A DNA stretch of 64,000 bases from an uncultured Methanosarcinaceae archaeon (GCA_963774465.1 CAVZFI010000001.1:12176-76175); one strand, 5' to 3'. Counted from the stretch's first letter, positions 33,207-44,249 are shown. The notes: generated from the sequence alone by a model not told the origin. Numbers and translations: made by a program.

Positions 33207-33321
33207 AAATCTCCCTAATCCAGAGATTTCCTTGGTTTAGAAATCTTCCTAATCCAGAGATTTCCTTGGTTTAAAAATCTCCCTGATCCAGAGATTTCCT
33301 TGGTTTAGAAATCTCCCTAAT
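33207..33321. repeat. 34-bp palindromic tandem repeat x3.4
   Basis: AAATCTCCCTAATCCAGAGATTTCCTTGGTTTAG with internal AAATCTC/GAGATTT; no spacers. Confidence 0.92.
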
Positions 33322-33334
33322 TTAAAAATCTCTT

Positions 33335-33979
33335 TCAATTCCTTTGATAAGGTTTTTGGCGAAGCATTTCGTTAATCCTTTTTAAGAGGTGATCCAGAGA
33401 AGCAGGATCCAATAAAGTCAGGACGTTTCCGTAAACTTTCTCTTCTTTTATGATAAACTCCGCATCAAGCATGAGAGCAAAATCAGTTTTGCAACTCATT
33501 TCCGTGAGTACGGAGTTCAGGATAGAGCCGAACATGTCATAAACCATATAAGGCGTTGATATCAAGATATTGAGGTCCAAAAATTTTGCAAGGGCAGTTA
33601 CATAAGTTCTTCCCAGAATATGGCTGACTTCCTCCATTAGAGAATTATTCATGGCGTCAATCAGGTTTTTTCCTTCTTCACATGAAAGGATCAGGGAGAG
33701 GCTCCTTACACTTTTTTTGGGAAAGAAGATCAGTATATACCCTTTCAGATCCTCTTCAATGTGCATGAGTGCCCCCAGAACCGGGGATTCCGAAACACCT
33801 GTTATTTTCGGTATGTTTTCAATTAGCTCAAATTTCACAGCCAGGACCCTTGTACAGACAAGGCTATTTGTTAGCTCATAGAGATAAGTTGCCGAATTCC
33901 CTATCCCGATATTTCCAAGTTCTTTCAGGGCCTCATATTCGTATTCATTTAAGTTCATGAGGTTCTTGATCTCTTCCAT
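33335..33979 (-). CDS. cheC: CheC phosphatase
   Basis: ALKELGNIG; second site degenerate (EEVSHI); ISTP. Confidence 0.9.
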   Translation of the reverse strand: MEEIKNLMNLNEYEYEALKELGNIGIGNSATYLYELTNSLVCTRVLAVKFELIENIPKITGVSESPVLGALMHIEEDLKGYILIFFPKKSVRSLSLILSCEEGKNLIDAMNNSLMEEVSHILGRTYVTALAKFLDLNILISTPYMVYDMFGSILNSVLTEMSCKTDFALMLDAEFIIKEEKVYGNVLTLLDPASLDHLLKRINEMLRQKPYQRN

Positions 33980-34862
33980 AAATATCCCTTGAAATTTCTT
34001 TTATATACAGGCGTTCTCTTGTATTGTAAGGCTTAAAAAGGCCGGGAGCGGTCCCCAGCAGTGTTTCTGACTTTCCTATTGCAAAAAAGCCTCCTTTTTC
34101 CAGGGCTTGATAAAAATTAAGCTGCAATTGCTCTTGAATTTCCTTTTTAAAATATATCATTACATTTCGGCAGATAATAATATCAAAATGATTCATTTTG
34201 GGATCTGATATCAGGTCGTGATGCGTGAAATGCGTTATATTCCTCAACTCGTCGATTACCTGATATACTTCTCCCTGCTTCAAGAAATATTGCCCCTTAA
34301 TGCCCGCATCAACATTTTTAAGCGAATTTTCACTATAAATGCCCTTCCTGCCTTTTTCAAGGCTTTGGGCATCAATATCCGTACCTATTATTCTTATCCT
34401 ATACTTATTAAAATCCGTTTTCAGAACCCTGTGCAGCAGGATAGCAAGGGAATAGGCTTCTTCTCCTGCTGCACAACCAGCACTCCAGATTCGGATTGAT
34501 CGCATCAGTGATTCTGATTTGTGTTTAACAATAGAAGGAATAATCTCCTTTTCGATTATCTTGAAGGTTTCGGGATTTCGAAAAAATTCACTGACATTTA
34601 CGGTAAGTGTCTCAATCAGATGTCCATATTCTTGAGGGTCTTTTTTCAGAAGCCTCAGGTACGCTCCGTAACTTTCGGAATTTGTAGCTCTTACACGTAC
34701 GTTAATCCTGCGTCTGAAATGTGACTCTTTATAATATTCACAGTTAAAGCCAGTGTTTTTAGTAACGGTTTTCTTTAACAGCTCAAAGCCAGGGTCTTCC
34801 TCCAGGTTTTTACCTGTCTTTATTTCCCTATCACTTGCTTTTCTAATCGAATCGTTACTCAT
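33945..34862 (-). CDS. cheR: Chemotaxis methyltransferase
   Basis: TVNVSEFFR, IWSAGC..GEE.YS, CRNVMIYF. Confidence 0.96.
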   Translation of the reverse strand: MSNDSIRKASDREIKTGKNLEEDPGFELLKKTVTKNTGFNCEYYKESHFRRRINVRVRATNSESYGAYLRLLKKDPQEYGHLIETLTVNVSEFFRNPETFKIIEKEIIPSIVKHKSESLMRSIRIWSAGCAAGEEAYSLAILLHRVLKTDFNKYRIRIIGTDIDAQSLEKGRKGIYSENSLKNVDAGIKGQYFLKQGEVYQVIDELRNITHFTHHDLISDPKMNHFDIIICRNVMIYFKKEIQEQLQLNFYQALEKGGFFAIGKSETLLGTAPGLFKPYNTRERLYIKEISRDIYGRDQEPHELK

Positions 34863-34919
34863 CTCACCACCGGCGGCACTTCTATCTATTTACGTCGTGT
34901 TTGTCTATTTTACATGGTC

Positions 34920-36938
34920 TCAAATCAGGGAGTTTACATCAATTATTAAAACAACATTTCCGTCACCCAGAATTGTTGCTCCTGCAAATCCTCTGGTATT
35001 TTCAAGAAGCTTGCTTTTGAAGTTTTTTACTATTACTTCCTGTTTTCCAAGCAACTCATCCACAACTATTCCAATATACTGCCCGCGTTTTTCAACCGTA
35101 ACTATGGAAATATTTTTATCTTCCTGCTCAGGCAGCTGAAACAGCCTTCTCAATCTCAGAAGCGGGATAATTTTATTATTTATTATAATAACCTCTTCTC
35201 CTTTTATATGCCTGACTTCTTGCGCGCTGACTTCTATATTTTTTATTATGCTTGTGAAGGGAATTGCATACCTTTCCTTTCCGACTCTTATTAGCATAGC
35301 CTGATAAACAGCAATGGTTAGAGGTAGTTTCAATTCGAATCTGGAACCAAAACCGGATTTCGACTCTACTTTTACGGACCCTCCAAGGCGTTCGACTTTG
35401 TTTTTTACGATATCCATCCCAATTCCCCTTCCAGAGATATCGGTAATGCTGCTGGAAGTGCTGAAGCCCGGAGTAAAGATCAACTGCATTGCTTCCTTTT
35501 CCTGAAGCTGTTCAGCCTTTTCTCTTGAGATAATTCCTTTTTTTAATGCGGCTTTCCGGATTTTATCGGTATCTATTCCGCGTCCATCATCTTCTATTTT
35601 GATAAGGGCAAAGTTTTCCTGCCTCGAAGCTGTAATCAGTATCGTGCCAGTCTCTTTTTTCCCAAATTCAACACGCCTCTCCGGGACTTCGATTCCGTGA
35701 TCAACTGCATTTCTTAACAGGTGCACCAGGGAATCCCCGATTTCTTCAAGGATGGCTCTGTCGAGCTTGATTTCTTTCCCTTTGATTATAAAATCGATTT
35801 CTTTGTTTTGCGCTCGTGCAAGGTCTCTTACCATTCTGGGATAGATATAGGTGATATGATCCAGAGGCACCATCCTTGCCTCTATTACCTCGTCCTGAAG
35901 TTCTCTTGTTAGCTTGTAAAATTCAGAAAGTGCAAGTTCCAGTTCCTTAGATTTCAGGCTGCCTGTAAGCTCGTTTATCCTGCTTCTGTTAATCACGAGC
36001 TCTCCCACAAGATTCATCAATTTATCGAGCTTTTCTGTGCTGATTCTTGAGCTCTGAATCGTTTTTATTTTAAGATCCGATTTTGAATGAGCCGAGATCT
36101 GTCCTTCTTTTTCGGTTTGATAAATTCCTTTTGAAACTTTTTTGTCTGTACTGACTTCTTCAATTTCTGAAACTTTTCTGTCTTCACTTTCGTTTATTTT
36201 ACTATCTTTTTTTCCCATGTTTTTTATTTCACTTTTGTTTATTTTACTATTTTTTTCTTCTCTGTCTTCTGTTTCCCTTTCTTCTGTTTCCCTTTCTTCT
36301 CTGTCTTCTGTTTCCCTTTCTTCTGTTTCCCTTTCTTCTCTTTCTTCTGTTTCCCTTTCTTCTGTTTCCCTTTCTTCTGTTTCTCTTTCTTCTGTTTCCC
36401 TTTCTTCTGTTTCTCTGTCTTTTATCTTTACGGACAGGGGTTTATCCTCATTTTTTTGAACGGAGGCTTTTTTTGGAAGCTCATTCATAGACTTTAAGGT
36501 TCTCAGGACCTCAAGGGCATCAGGATAGATTTCACATGTAATATCTGTGGCTTTTTTTCTTTTTTCAGATCCACTTCCCTTATCCTCGCAGGCGTTTTCT
36601 ACAAGCCTCTCAAGGGCATCCACACATATGAAAAGAATATCAATTAAAGATGAATCAAGTATAAGTTGCCGTCTACGCAGCCTGTCTATCAGACTTTCCA
36701 TTTCATGCGTTAATTCAACAATCTCTTTGAATCCCATCGTTGCAGCCATACCTTTGAATGTATGGGCTGCACGAAATATCGTATTCATCTGTTCCGGATT
36801 TTCAGGATCTTTCTCAAGCGCCAGCAGGGAATCGCTCATCTCTTTAATGTATTTTTCAGATTCTGCTTTGAAAATGCCCATATAGTTTGACATATCCATA
36901 ATTTTCCCTGCCTTTTTGAAAGTTCGTATTTTTTCCAT
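34920..36938 (-). CDS. cheA: Chemotaxis histidine kinase
   Basis: FRAAHTFKG, LMNLVGELVI, RNAVDHG, GRGIGMD, CheW-like domain. Probable start 36899. Confidence 0.97.
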   Translation of the reverse strand: MEKIRTFKKAGKIMDMSNYMGIFKAESEKYIKEMSDSLLALEKDPENPEQMNTIFRAAHTFKGMAATMGFKEIVELTHEMESLIDRLRRRQLILDSSLIDILFICVDALERLVENACEDKGSGSEKRKKATDITCEIYPDALEVLRTLKSMNELPKKASVQKNEDKPLSVKIKDRETEERETEERETEERETEERETEEREERETEERETEDREERETEERETEDREEKNSKINKSEIKNMGKKDSKINESEDRKVSEIEEVSTDKKVSKGIYQTEKEGQISAHSKSDLKIKTIQSSRISTEKLDKLMNLVGELVINRSRINELTGSLKSKELELALSEFYKLTRELQDEVIEARMVPLDHITYIYPRMVRDLARAQNKEIDFIIKGKEIKLDRAILEEIGDSLVHLLRNAVDHGIEVPERRVEFGKKETGTILITASRQENFALIKIEDDGRGIDTDKIRKAALKKGIISREKAEQLQEKEAMQLIFTPGFSTSSSITDISGRGIGMDIVKNKVERLGGSVKVESKSGFGSRFELKLPLTIAVYQAMLIRVGKERYAIPFTSIIKNIEVSAQEVRHIKGEEVIIINNKIIPLLRLRRLFQLPEQEDKNISIVTVEKRGQYIGIVVDELLGKQEVIVKNFKSKLLENTRGFAGATILGDGNVVLIIDVNSLI
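36255..36418 (-). repeat. Coding 15-bp repeat (ERETE)n in the cheA linker
   Basis: TTCTTCTGTTTCCCT units on the + strand. Confidence 0.92.
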
Positions 36939-37071
36939 TTCTTAAAATTTTCAATGTAGAATTCAATACAGAATTTAACAATTCAATACACATTTAATAC
37001 AGAAATCCGGTATGAAGAATTAACCTTTAGAAGTTAAACAGTTTTTTATTTCGGAAAGTCAGCTTCTTATT

Positions 37072-38166
37072 TTATACCATCATTTTTATAATTTCATCGG
37101 CCATTTCATCCAGAGGGAGTACATAATCTGCCAGCTTTCGCCTCACAATTTCTCCTGGCATCCCGTAAATTACACACGAGCTTCGGGCTTCAGCAATTAT
37201 TTTTCCTCCCATTTTTTTGATTTCCTCAGCCCCGTCTGCACCATCGCAGTTCATTCCGGTCAGGATCAGGGAAATGACTCTAGAGCCATAAATTGGGGCG
37301 ATAGACCTGAAAAGAGCATTGACTGACGGTCTTGATCCAAGTTCTTTCGGGTTGCAGGACAGGTGCACTACCTCTGTTTTGCGGCAGTTTACTATCTTCT
37401 GTACGATCTCCATATGATAGTTTCCAGGAGCTACAAGCACAGTTCCTTCCTCTACAGTATCTCCTTCCTGTGCCTCTTTTACCCTGAGTGCCGATTTCGA
37501 ATCAAGCCTTTTAGAAAGAGATGCCGTAAAACCTGCAGGCATATGCTGTACCACCAGGACTGCGGCAGGGATGTCTGCAGGAAGTGAACCTATAAGTTTC
37601 TCCAGAGCTCTTGGGCCTCCGGTGGACGCGCCTATTGCAAGAACATTTCTTACGGAAACTGTTTTTTTCAGATACTTCCTTTCTTCTTTTCTTTCTTTCT
37701 TTTCAGTTATCTTCGGCTTTTCCGGTTCACGGTTTCGCATGCATTCCAGGTTTTCAAGGTTGGCCTTTGCAGCTATCCTGACTTTTCGGCAAATTTCTTC
37801 TGCCATATCTGGCATGCTTTGGCTGAGAATTCCTTCGGGTTTCTGGATTACATCCACTGCTCCATATTCAAAAGCTGTAAGCGTAATCTCTTCAGCTCTC
37901 TCCCCAAGGGCTGAAACCATTACTACAGGAACCGGGTACTTCTTCATAATCCGAGCAAGAGTTTTAAGGCCGTCAAGAACAGGCATAACATTGTCTAGAA
38001 GAACAACATCTGGCCTTAATTTCTCGATTTTTTCGAGACCTTCTCTTCCATTAACTGCAGTTCCTATAACCCTGATATCCGGGTCTTCACTGAGAATATC
38101 GGAAAGGAGCTTACGGATTAAAGCAGAATCGTCTACTATGAGTGCGCAGATAGTCATCTCAAGCAC
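37072..38166 (-). CDS. cheB: Chemotaxis methylesterase
   Basis: REC domain, GASTGG, QHMP, RPSV, GMP. Confidence 0.96.
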   Translation of the reverse strand: MLEMTICALIVDDSALIRKLLSDILSEDPDIRVIGTAVNGREGLEKIEKLRPDVVLLDNVMPVLDGLKTLARIMKKYPVPVVMVSALGERAEEITLTAFEYGAVDVIQKPEGILSQSMPDMAEEICRKVRIAAKANLENLECMRNREPEKPKITEKKERKEERKYLKKTVSVRNVLAIGASTGGPRALEKLIGSLPADIPAAVLVVQHMPAGFTASLSKRLDSKSALRVKEAQEGDTVEEGTVLVAPGNYHMEIVQKIVNCRKTEVVHLSCNPKELGSRPSVNALFRSIAPIYGSRVISLILTGMNCDGADGAEEIKKMGGKIIAEARSSCVIYGMPGEIVRRKLADYVLPLDEMADEIIKMMV

Positions 38167-38399
38167 TTTTTCGTTAGATATAAAGTTTGATTTGATAGTT
38201 TGGCTATATTTGATCTAATAATCTGATTTAGTATCTCATTTAATAGCTTGGCTAATATTTATCTGATTTGATAATCTGATTTAGTAATCTCATTTAATAG
38301 TTTGGCTAATATTTATTTGATTTGATAATTTGATTGATATCAGTTTAATTTAACAATTTGGTTGATATCAGTTTGATTTAATAGCAAGTGCAAAGCGGT

Positions 38400-38765
38400 C
38401 TAATTTGGTTCAGCGATTTTCCTTATTACATCCAGCATCCCATCAGGCTCAAAAGGTTTTACTATGAAACCCATAGCGCCTATTTTCATTGACTCTGTTA
38501 TCAGGGCCTGCTGCCCAAGAGAAGAGCACATTACCACTTTTGCCTCCGGATCCATAACAAGAAGTTTTTTCAATGCCTCTTTTCCATCCATATCCGGCAT
38601 AAGTATATCCATTAGCACAAGATCAGGCTTAACTTCCAGATACGTCTGAATTGCCTCTTCCCCATCACCGACTTCAGCGACCACTTCATGCCCGTGCATT
38701 AAAAGGATGTCCCTAATTACCATTCGCATAAATTCGGCATCGTCCACGATCATAACTCTGGCCAT
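38400..38765 (-). CDS. cheY: Chemotaxis response regulator (TAG stop)
   Basis: VDDA.FMR, MDI.MP.MDG, KPF. Confidence 0.95.
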   Translation of the reverse strand: MARVMIVDDAEFMRMVIRDILLMHGHEVVAEVGDGEEAIQTYLEVKPDLVLMDILMPDMDGKEALKKLLVMDPEAKVVMCSSLGQQALITESMKIGAMGFIVKPFEPDGMLDVIRKIAEPN

Positions 38766-39315
38766 GTATTTCCCTTCTTTTTCTCTTGAACAAGCGACAA
38801 TATCGGATAATATTTCACACTCCTATTTTCAGGAATGTTCCGACACCTTATTCCATCTGTGCCGAATCTCGCCTCTTGCATATTCTTCATAAATCGATGC
38901 TATGAATCAAAGGCTAAATTGAAAAGCTATTGAAGGTTAACAAATCCAGCCAACGCAAGTTTTCTTGTTAAGGCAGATCTGTCCTAGTTGTGTAGAAAAA
39001 TATATATGAGACCTGCTATATTAAACTTTTTTAATTATCTTTATGAAATTATCGAGTTTTAAATTGCTTAGAGGATATGGGTACCTGGGACGTTAACAAA
39101 CTATTTACATAAATTGCAGGCCCTTTCTTATTTCTTAACCGGATTATGATTTGATCTGTGGATTATAATGTTACTTAAGTGTAACTAAATTATTTTTATT
39201 GTTATTTGTATATTAAAAATACAGCATATATAGTTAGCAAATAAGTTTATATTCTCTCGAACTTTATATATTACTCAGTAAATTGAGAAATTAACCCCGG
39301 TTTAATTTGTAGGTC

Positions 39316-39378
39316 TGGAAGTACATGCAAACGACATGGAAGTACATGCAAACGACATGGAAGTACATGCAATCGACA
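39316..39378. repeat. 21-bp tandem repeat x3 (TGGAAGTACATGCAAWCGACA)
   Basis: Read directly. Confidence 0.92.
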
Positions 39379-39507
39379 TATAAATGAGAGGAGTTTTCTT
39401 TATATTTTCCGGTTTCACATTTTCCAGGGCAAATTCACTGTTCAATTACCTTTGTGACAGAAGATTACTTACAGAAATCCTCAAGCAACCCCCAGGAGTT
39501 GATTTAA

Positions 39508-39870
39508 GTGCCTGAGATCCTGATTGTTGAAGATAATTTACTTAATCTGGTTGTTGAAGCAGATTTACTTAAATCTTTCGGATACGAGCCGAAAAAGGCA
39601 AAAGATGGCTTTGAAGCTCTCGAAATCCTCAATAGAACGAAGATTGATCTTGTGTTGCTTGATATGGAGCTTCCGAAGATGCACGGCCTTGAACTGCTTC
39701 GAAGAATGAAACTCAATCCTGAAACTCGGAATATAAAAGTAGTTGCAGTTACAGGATACTGTGATCCTGAAAGTAAGCAGAAGTTCTTTAACGCTGGATG
39801 TCACGCTGTTCTTGCCAAACCCATAAGTTTTGGCAACTTCAGATCACAGGTTGAAAACTTTCTCGCATAA
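39508..39870 (+). CDS. Single-domain response regulator
   Basis: ILIVEDN, LLD.ELP.M.G, AVT, KP. Confidence 0.9.
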   Translation: MPEILIVEDNLLNLVVEADLLKSFGYEPKKAKDGFEALEILNRTKIDLVLLDMELPKMHGLELLRRMKLNPETRNIKVVAVTGYCDPESKQKFFNAGCHAVLAKPISFGNFRSQVENFLA

Positions 39871-39993
39871 CAGGTCTTTTCATTAGAGGCATGGAGTAAA
39901 TCTTCTGCAGAAACATTCTTCATGAATACTGGCTTCTCTTTATTCCTGCTCTTTAAATCAGAAAATTTATTAATTCTCAAATAATCTATATTA

Positions 39994-40166
39994 AGTTATT
40001 AGTTGGTTGAGTTATTAGTTGGTTGAGTTATTAGTTGGTTGAGTTATTAGTTGGTTGAGTTATTAGTTGGTTGAGTTATTAGTTGGTTGAGTTATTAGTT
40101 GGTTGAGTTATTAGTTGGTTGAGTTATTAGTTGGTTGAGTTATTAGTTGGTTGAGTTATTAGTTGG
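39994..40166. repeat. Perfect 16-bp tandem repeat x10.8 (AGTTATTAGTTGGTTG)
   Basis: Read directly. Confidence 0.97.
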
Positions 40167-40286
40167 GAAAATCGGACAATTTTCTGTAGAGGCGTCTCCG
40201 CCATTTTACATTTCTTTTCAGATGTAGTTGATAGGTTAAATGCTCATTGCGAATAGAAAAGGTATAGGCGCCGAAAAGTTGAAGGC

Positions 40287-42368
40287 ATGGTGGGAAAGAT
40301 GTATAAAAACACAAAAATAGGGCATGTAGTGATAGGCTTTGCTCTTCTTCTAGTTTTGATTTTCTTTGTCGGGTACACAGGCTATCAGGGCATGAATGAG
40401 GTTGAAAAGAAGAGCCGAGCCATCCAAAATATGACCTTTATCATGAACAACATGCAGGGGGCTCTGGAAGCCGAAGAAAGATATGTTATTCATGGTGATC
40501 CCATTTATAAGGAACAAGTTTATAACCATCTTGACCTCGTGCCCACACAGGCAGCCATATCCAAAGAAATATATCTAGGCTATCTTGATCCCGTAAATCA
40601 GGGCCGGATGGATTCTATTCTGGCAACTTCCGGCGATTTTAGGGATAATTTTGACAACTATGTTGAAGCAAATGATGAAGAGGTAGCCCTGAGAGCAGAC
40701 ATCGACTCCAATGGCGAGATCCTACTGCAGAAAGCCAATGAGATTTATGAAGATCAGATGATTCAATATCAACAATATGTAGAAAACGGTTCTTCAAGTG
40801 AAGTCCTTCAGCTAAAATTATCCCACGCTCAGGAAGCCCAGAAAATCAGCATACATGCTATGGAAGCCCGGAATGAATACCAGAATTATATAATCACTCC
40901 CGAAAACCAATCTGCGGAAAATTTTGACCGGTTTATGGGGGATATAATTAAAGTTACCGAGAATCTGGATGAGCAGCTGGTAAAACCTGAAAATGTTGAG
41001 CGTGGAAATACAATAATTGCCAATGCTGAAAAGATTCAGACCGATTTTGATCGCCTGAAAATTCTTAAAGGAGAAAAAGACGCTGAAGTGAAAAATATGG
41101 CAGCGATAGCAGCGCAGGTTGGAAAAGTCGCTGAAGACGCCAGTGCCGATCAAAAAGAGAAGCTTGACACCCTGATAACAGGCTCTATAAATAAGATCTT
41201 TCTCGTCACTCTTCTTTCGATACTTATCGGGGTTTTGCTTGTTTTTGTGATTCTGAACGTCTACAGAAAACCCATCTATGAATTGCTTGAAGCAGCCGAC
41301 AGAATCTCTGAAGGAGACCTAAGTGTTGAGATTAAAGGAAGTTCGAGGAGTGAAATCTCTCAACTCTCACAAGCTTTTAAAACGATGGTTGAAAACCTTC
41401 GCAGCGTACTTATAAAAATTCAGGAAAGTTCGCTTCACCTTGCCACACTTTCAGAAGAAATGTCTGCTTCTTCTGAGGAAGTAGCTTCGGCATCAAGGAA
41501 AATCTCTGATACTGCCGCCGAAATTTCAAACGGGACTGAAGTGCAGAATACAAAAATAGTGGATATAACTCATGCGATGCAGGATATGACGCATAATATA
41601 CAGGAAATCGCGGACAATACCCAAAAAGTTTCTAAAAATACTAACCTTGTCAATAATACTGTTAGCAGTATCGGGAATGCTTCAAGAGAGATTCTGCTAA
41701 AAATGGATCTTATTCGTTCCTCGGTTGATGATACTGAGGAAGTTATCAGGGAGCTGGACTCCAAGTCTCAGCAGATCAATGAGATTATAACTCTTATTAC
41801 CAGGATCGCAGACCAGACAAATATGCTTGCGCTGAATGCTGCAATTGAGGCTGCCAGGGCGGGAGAACACGGTCGAGGCTTTTCGGTTGTAGCCGATGAA
41901 GTCCGTAAACTTGCCGATGAATCAGGCCGTGCTGCCATGAACATCTCTAAGCTAATCGATGAGATCAGAAACAGTATCCGCGATACCGTGGAAAGCATAG
42001 AATCCAGTAAAAAAGACGTACAGATAGGTTCATTATCCGTTAATGGCGCGGTTGAAATGGTTACAGAGATCGTTCCCACAATTAATGAAATCACGAACAT
42101 GATAGAGGATGTTGCAGCTGCTACAGAGGAGCAGTCCGCATCAATAGAAGAAATTACTTCCACCTTAGAAGACATTTCCTCGATCTCGGAACAATCCGCC
42201 GCAGGAACCCAGGAAACCGCTGCAGCACTCGAAGAGCAGAGCGCTTCGATGTCAGAACTTGCCAATATGGCCAGTGACCTTTCTCTGCTTGGGGAAAAGA
42301 TGAGAAAGGCTGCGGAAAAGTTCAGGCTTGGCAACTTGAAGGAAGTGCCAGAAAACACGGTTGATTAA
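40287..42368 (+). CDS. Methyl-accepting chemotaxis protein (two TM segments, HAMP)
   Basis: [34 protein letters not shown]. Confidence 0.97.
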   Translation: MVGKMYKNTKIGHVVIGFALLLVLIFFVGYTGYQGMNEVEKKSRAIQNMTFIMNNMQGALEAEERYVIHGDPIYKEQVYNHLDLVPTQAAISKEIYLGYLDPVNQGRMDSILATSGDFRDNFDNYVEANDEEVALRADIDSNGEILLQKANEIYEDQMIQYQQYVENGSSSEVLQLKLSHAQEAQKISIHAMEARNEYQNYIITPENQSAENFDRFMGDIIKVTENLDEQLVKPENVERGNTIIANAEKIQTDFDRLKILKGEKDAEVKNMAAIAAQVGKVAEDASADQKEKLDTLITGSINKIFLVTLLSILIGVLLVFVILNVYRKPIYELLEAADRISEGDLSVEIKGSSRSEISQLSQAFKTMVENLRSVLIKIQESSLHLATLSEEMSASSEEVASASRKISDTAAEISNGTEVQNTKIVDITHAMQDMTHNIQEIADNTQKVSKNTNLVNNTVSSIGNASREILLKMDLIRSSVDDTEEVIRELDSKSQQINEIITLITRIADQTNMLALNAAIEAARAGEHGRGFSVVADEVRKLADESGRAAMNISKLIDEIRNSIRDTVESIESSKKDVQIGSLSVNGAVEMVTEIVPTINEITNMIEDVAAATEEQSASIEEITSTLEDISSISEQSAAGTQETAAALEEQSASMSELANMASDLSLLGEKMRKAAEKFRLGNLKEVPENTVD

Positions 42369-42397
42369 AATAACTGGAATTAGTTTGAGGAATTCAC

Positions 42398-42910
42398 ATG
42401 TTTGAAGAAACATTAGAAGAAGATTCAAGATTCCCGGAAGAAAATCTTCATTTGGTGACCTTTGAACTTTCAGGCGAAGAATTCGGAGTAGATATCATGC
42501 AGGTCTCCGAAGTTATTCCGGTCCCGAGAATTACACGCATTCCTCAGGCTCCTGAATGCGTAAAAGGACTCATTAACCTGCGGGGAAAAATCCTCGTGGT
42601 GATAGATCTCAACAAGCGTCTTGGCTTCAGTCCTAAAGAAACCGACAGCCTATCCAGAATTATTATAGTGGAGATAAGAGATACGGTCATCGGAATGCTT
42701 GTAAACTCCGTAAAAGAGGTCATAAGACTGCCTTTTTCTTCCATTGAACCGACCCCTGAAATGATTAAATCAAAAATTAATGCAGAGTATTTAATAGGAG
42801 TAGGAAAATCAAGGAACAGGCTTCTTATTCTCCTGAACCTTGCCAGGGTACTTGGAGAAGAAGAAATTGAAGAACTTAATGAGCTGTCTTCTCCTGAAGA
42901 GAATATTTAA
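42398..42910 (+). CDS. cheW: CheW coupling protein
   Basis: GLINLRG, V.EVI, IP.AP. Confidence 0.95.
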   Translation: MFEETLEEDSRFPEENLHLVTFELSGEEFGVDIMQVSEVIPVPRITRIPQAPECVKGLINLRGKILVVIDLNKRLGFSPKETDSLSRIIIVEIRDTVIGMLVNSVKEVIRLPFSSIEPTPEMIKSKINAEYLIGVGKSRNRLLILLNLARVLGEEEIEELNELSSPEENI

Positions 42911-42937
42911 AAACTTATATGAGCAAATTTATAAAAC

Positions 42938-44249
42938 ATGCATCCTGTGATTATCTTCCTTTTCGCCCTTCTCTGCATCCTGCTTTTTACAGCCAGGCTC
43001 AGGTTGCACCCTTTTCTTAATCTTATTATTGTTTCTGTTCTCACAGGAAACCTTGCAGGAGAACCCCTGGCTACGATCGAAGCAATAACCGGGGGGGGCT
43101 GGGCAGCATTTTTTCCCGTTTTGCTATTATCATTACCTGTGGAAGTGTTATCGGACTTTTACTCCAGAGGACTGGAGGGATGTCCTTAATAGCCTCTGAT
43201 ATTGTACGCTTTTCCAGAAACCCTCCGATTGCCCTGACTCTCCTGGGTTTCCTTTTTTCTGTGCTCTTGATGTATTACATTCTTGCCTATGTTATCTTCA
43301 TTCCAATAGCTAAAGAGTTGGCTACAAGACTCGATAACCCCCATATTTCCACTGCAACTGCCATTGCACTTGGAGCTGTTGCCTCATTTAATCTTGTCTA
43401 TCCTTCGCCTGTGATTATTTCGGCAGCAGAAGAATTATCGGCTAACACGGACAAACTTTTTATTCTGGGTCTTCTCATCGCAGTTCCCACTTCCATTGCA
43501 GGCTATTTTTATTCCAGAAGTGTGGGAAAGACTGAGAATGAAAGCATTTCTAACAGAATAAAGGAAAAAAGAGCTTAACTTCAGGAGAAAAATCTGGAAA
43601 TATCTAAAGGCGCTGCTAGAAAATCCTAAAGGCTTGAAGCCTACTCTCCTATCTTTTTCCCTTTATTCTCTTTCAGGCGGGCTTTGAACACCCGCATCCT
43701 GCGCTTTCGTTTCTGGGAAATCCGAACATCGCACTCCTTTTAGGAGTCATTCTTTCCATCTTTTCCGCCAGAAAGCTCGGATCTTCCGTATTAAGGGCAC
43801 TTGTCGAAAAAGCTGTGAGAAGAAGTGGCGTTGTCCTTCTTGATCTCTGCGGAGGAGGAGCTCTTGGTGCAACTTTTGCTATGACAGGGGCAGGAGAAGC
43901 TCTTGGCAGGCTCTTTTTGCAGTTGAGCCTTCCTCAAATCCTTGTGCCTTTTCTCGTTGCCGCAGCCCTTCAAACTGTACAGGGGTCAAGGGTTGTGACC
44001 ATGCTTATAGCACCTTCATTCTTACTGTCCCTTGTTCCTGAACTCGGGCTCCCTCCGGAAATCCTGATCCTTTCAATGGCTTCAGGTACTTTTGTGATTT
44101 CGCATGTTAATGACCCTTTCTTCTGGATCTTCGGGGAGCTTGCAGAACTGGAACTATCCGAGGTCTTCCGATCAAATACCCTTGGGAATGCTTTAATGGG
44201 TGCGGTGAGTTTCCTGCTGGTATCCGGCGTGTACATTTTCTTCTATTAA
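42938..44249 (+). pseudogene. GntP-family permease, fragmented
   Basis: RLHPF N-terminus; QGSRVV and SHVND.FFW in the C-terminal part; frameshift at G8 (43091-43098) plus further breaks near 43578-43800. Confidence 0.87.
43336..43358 (-). promoter_or_regulatory. ORB-like element inside the GntP pseudogene
   Basis: Reverse complement GTTGCAGTGGAAATATGGGGGTT; one core mismatch, G-string intact. Confidence 0.45.

Noticed and set aside
33207-33321. CRISPR array (34-bp palindromic repeats)
   Set aside because: Units are contiguous with no spacers, and there are no cas genes in the window.
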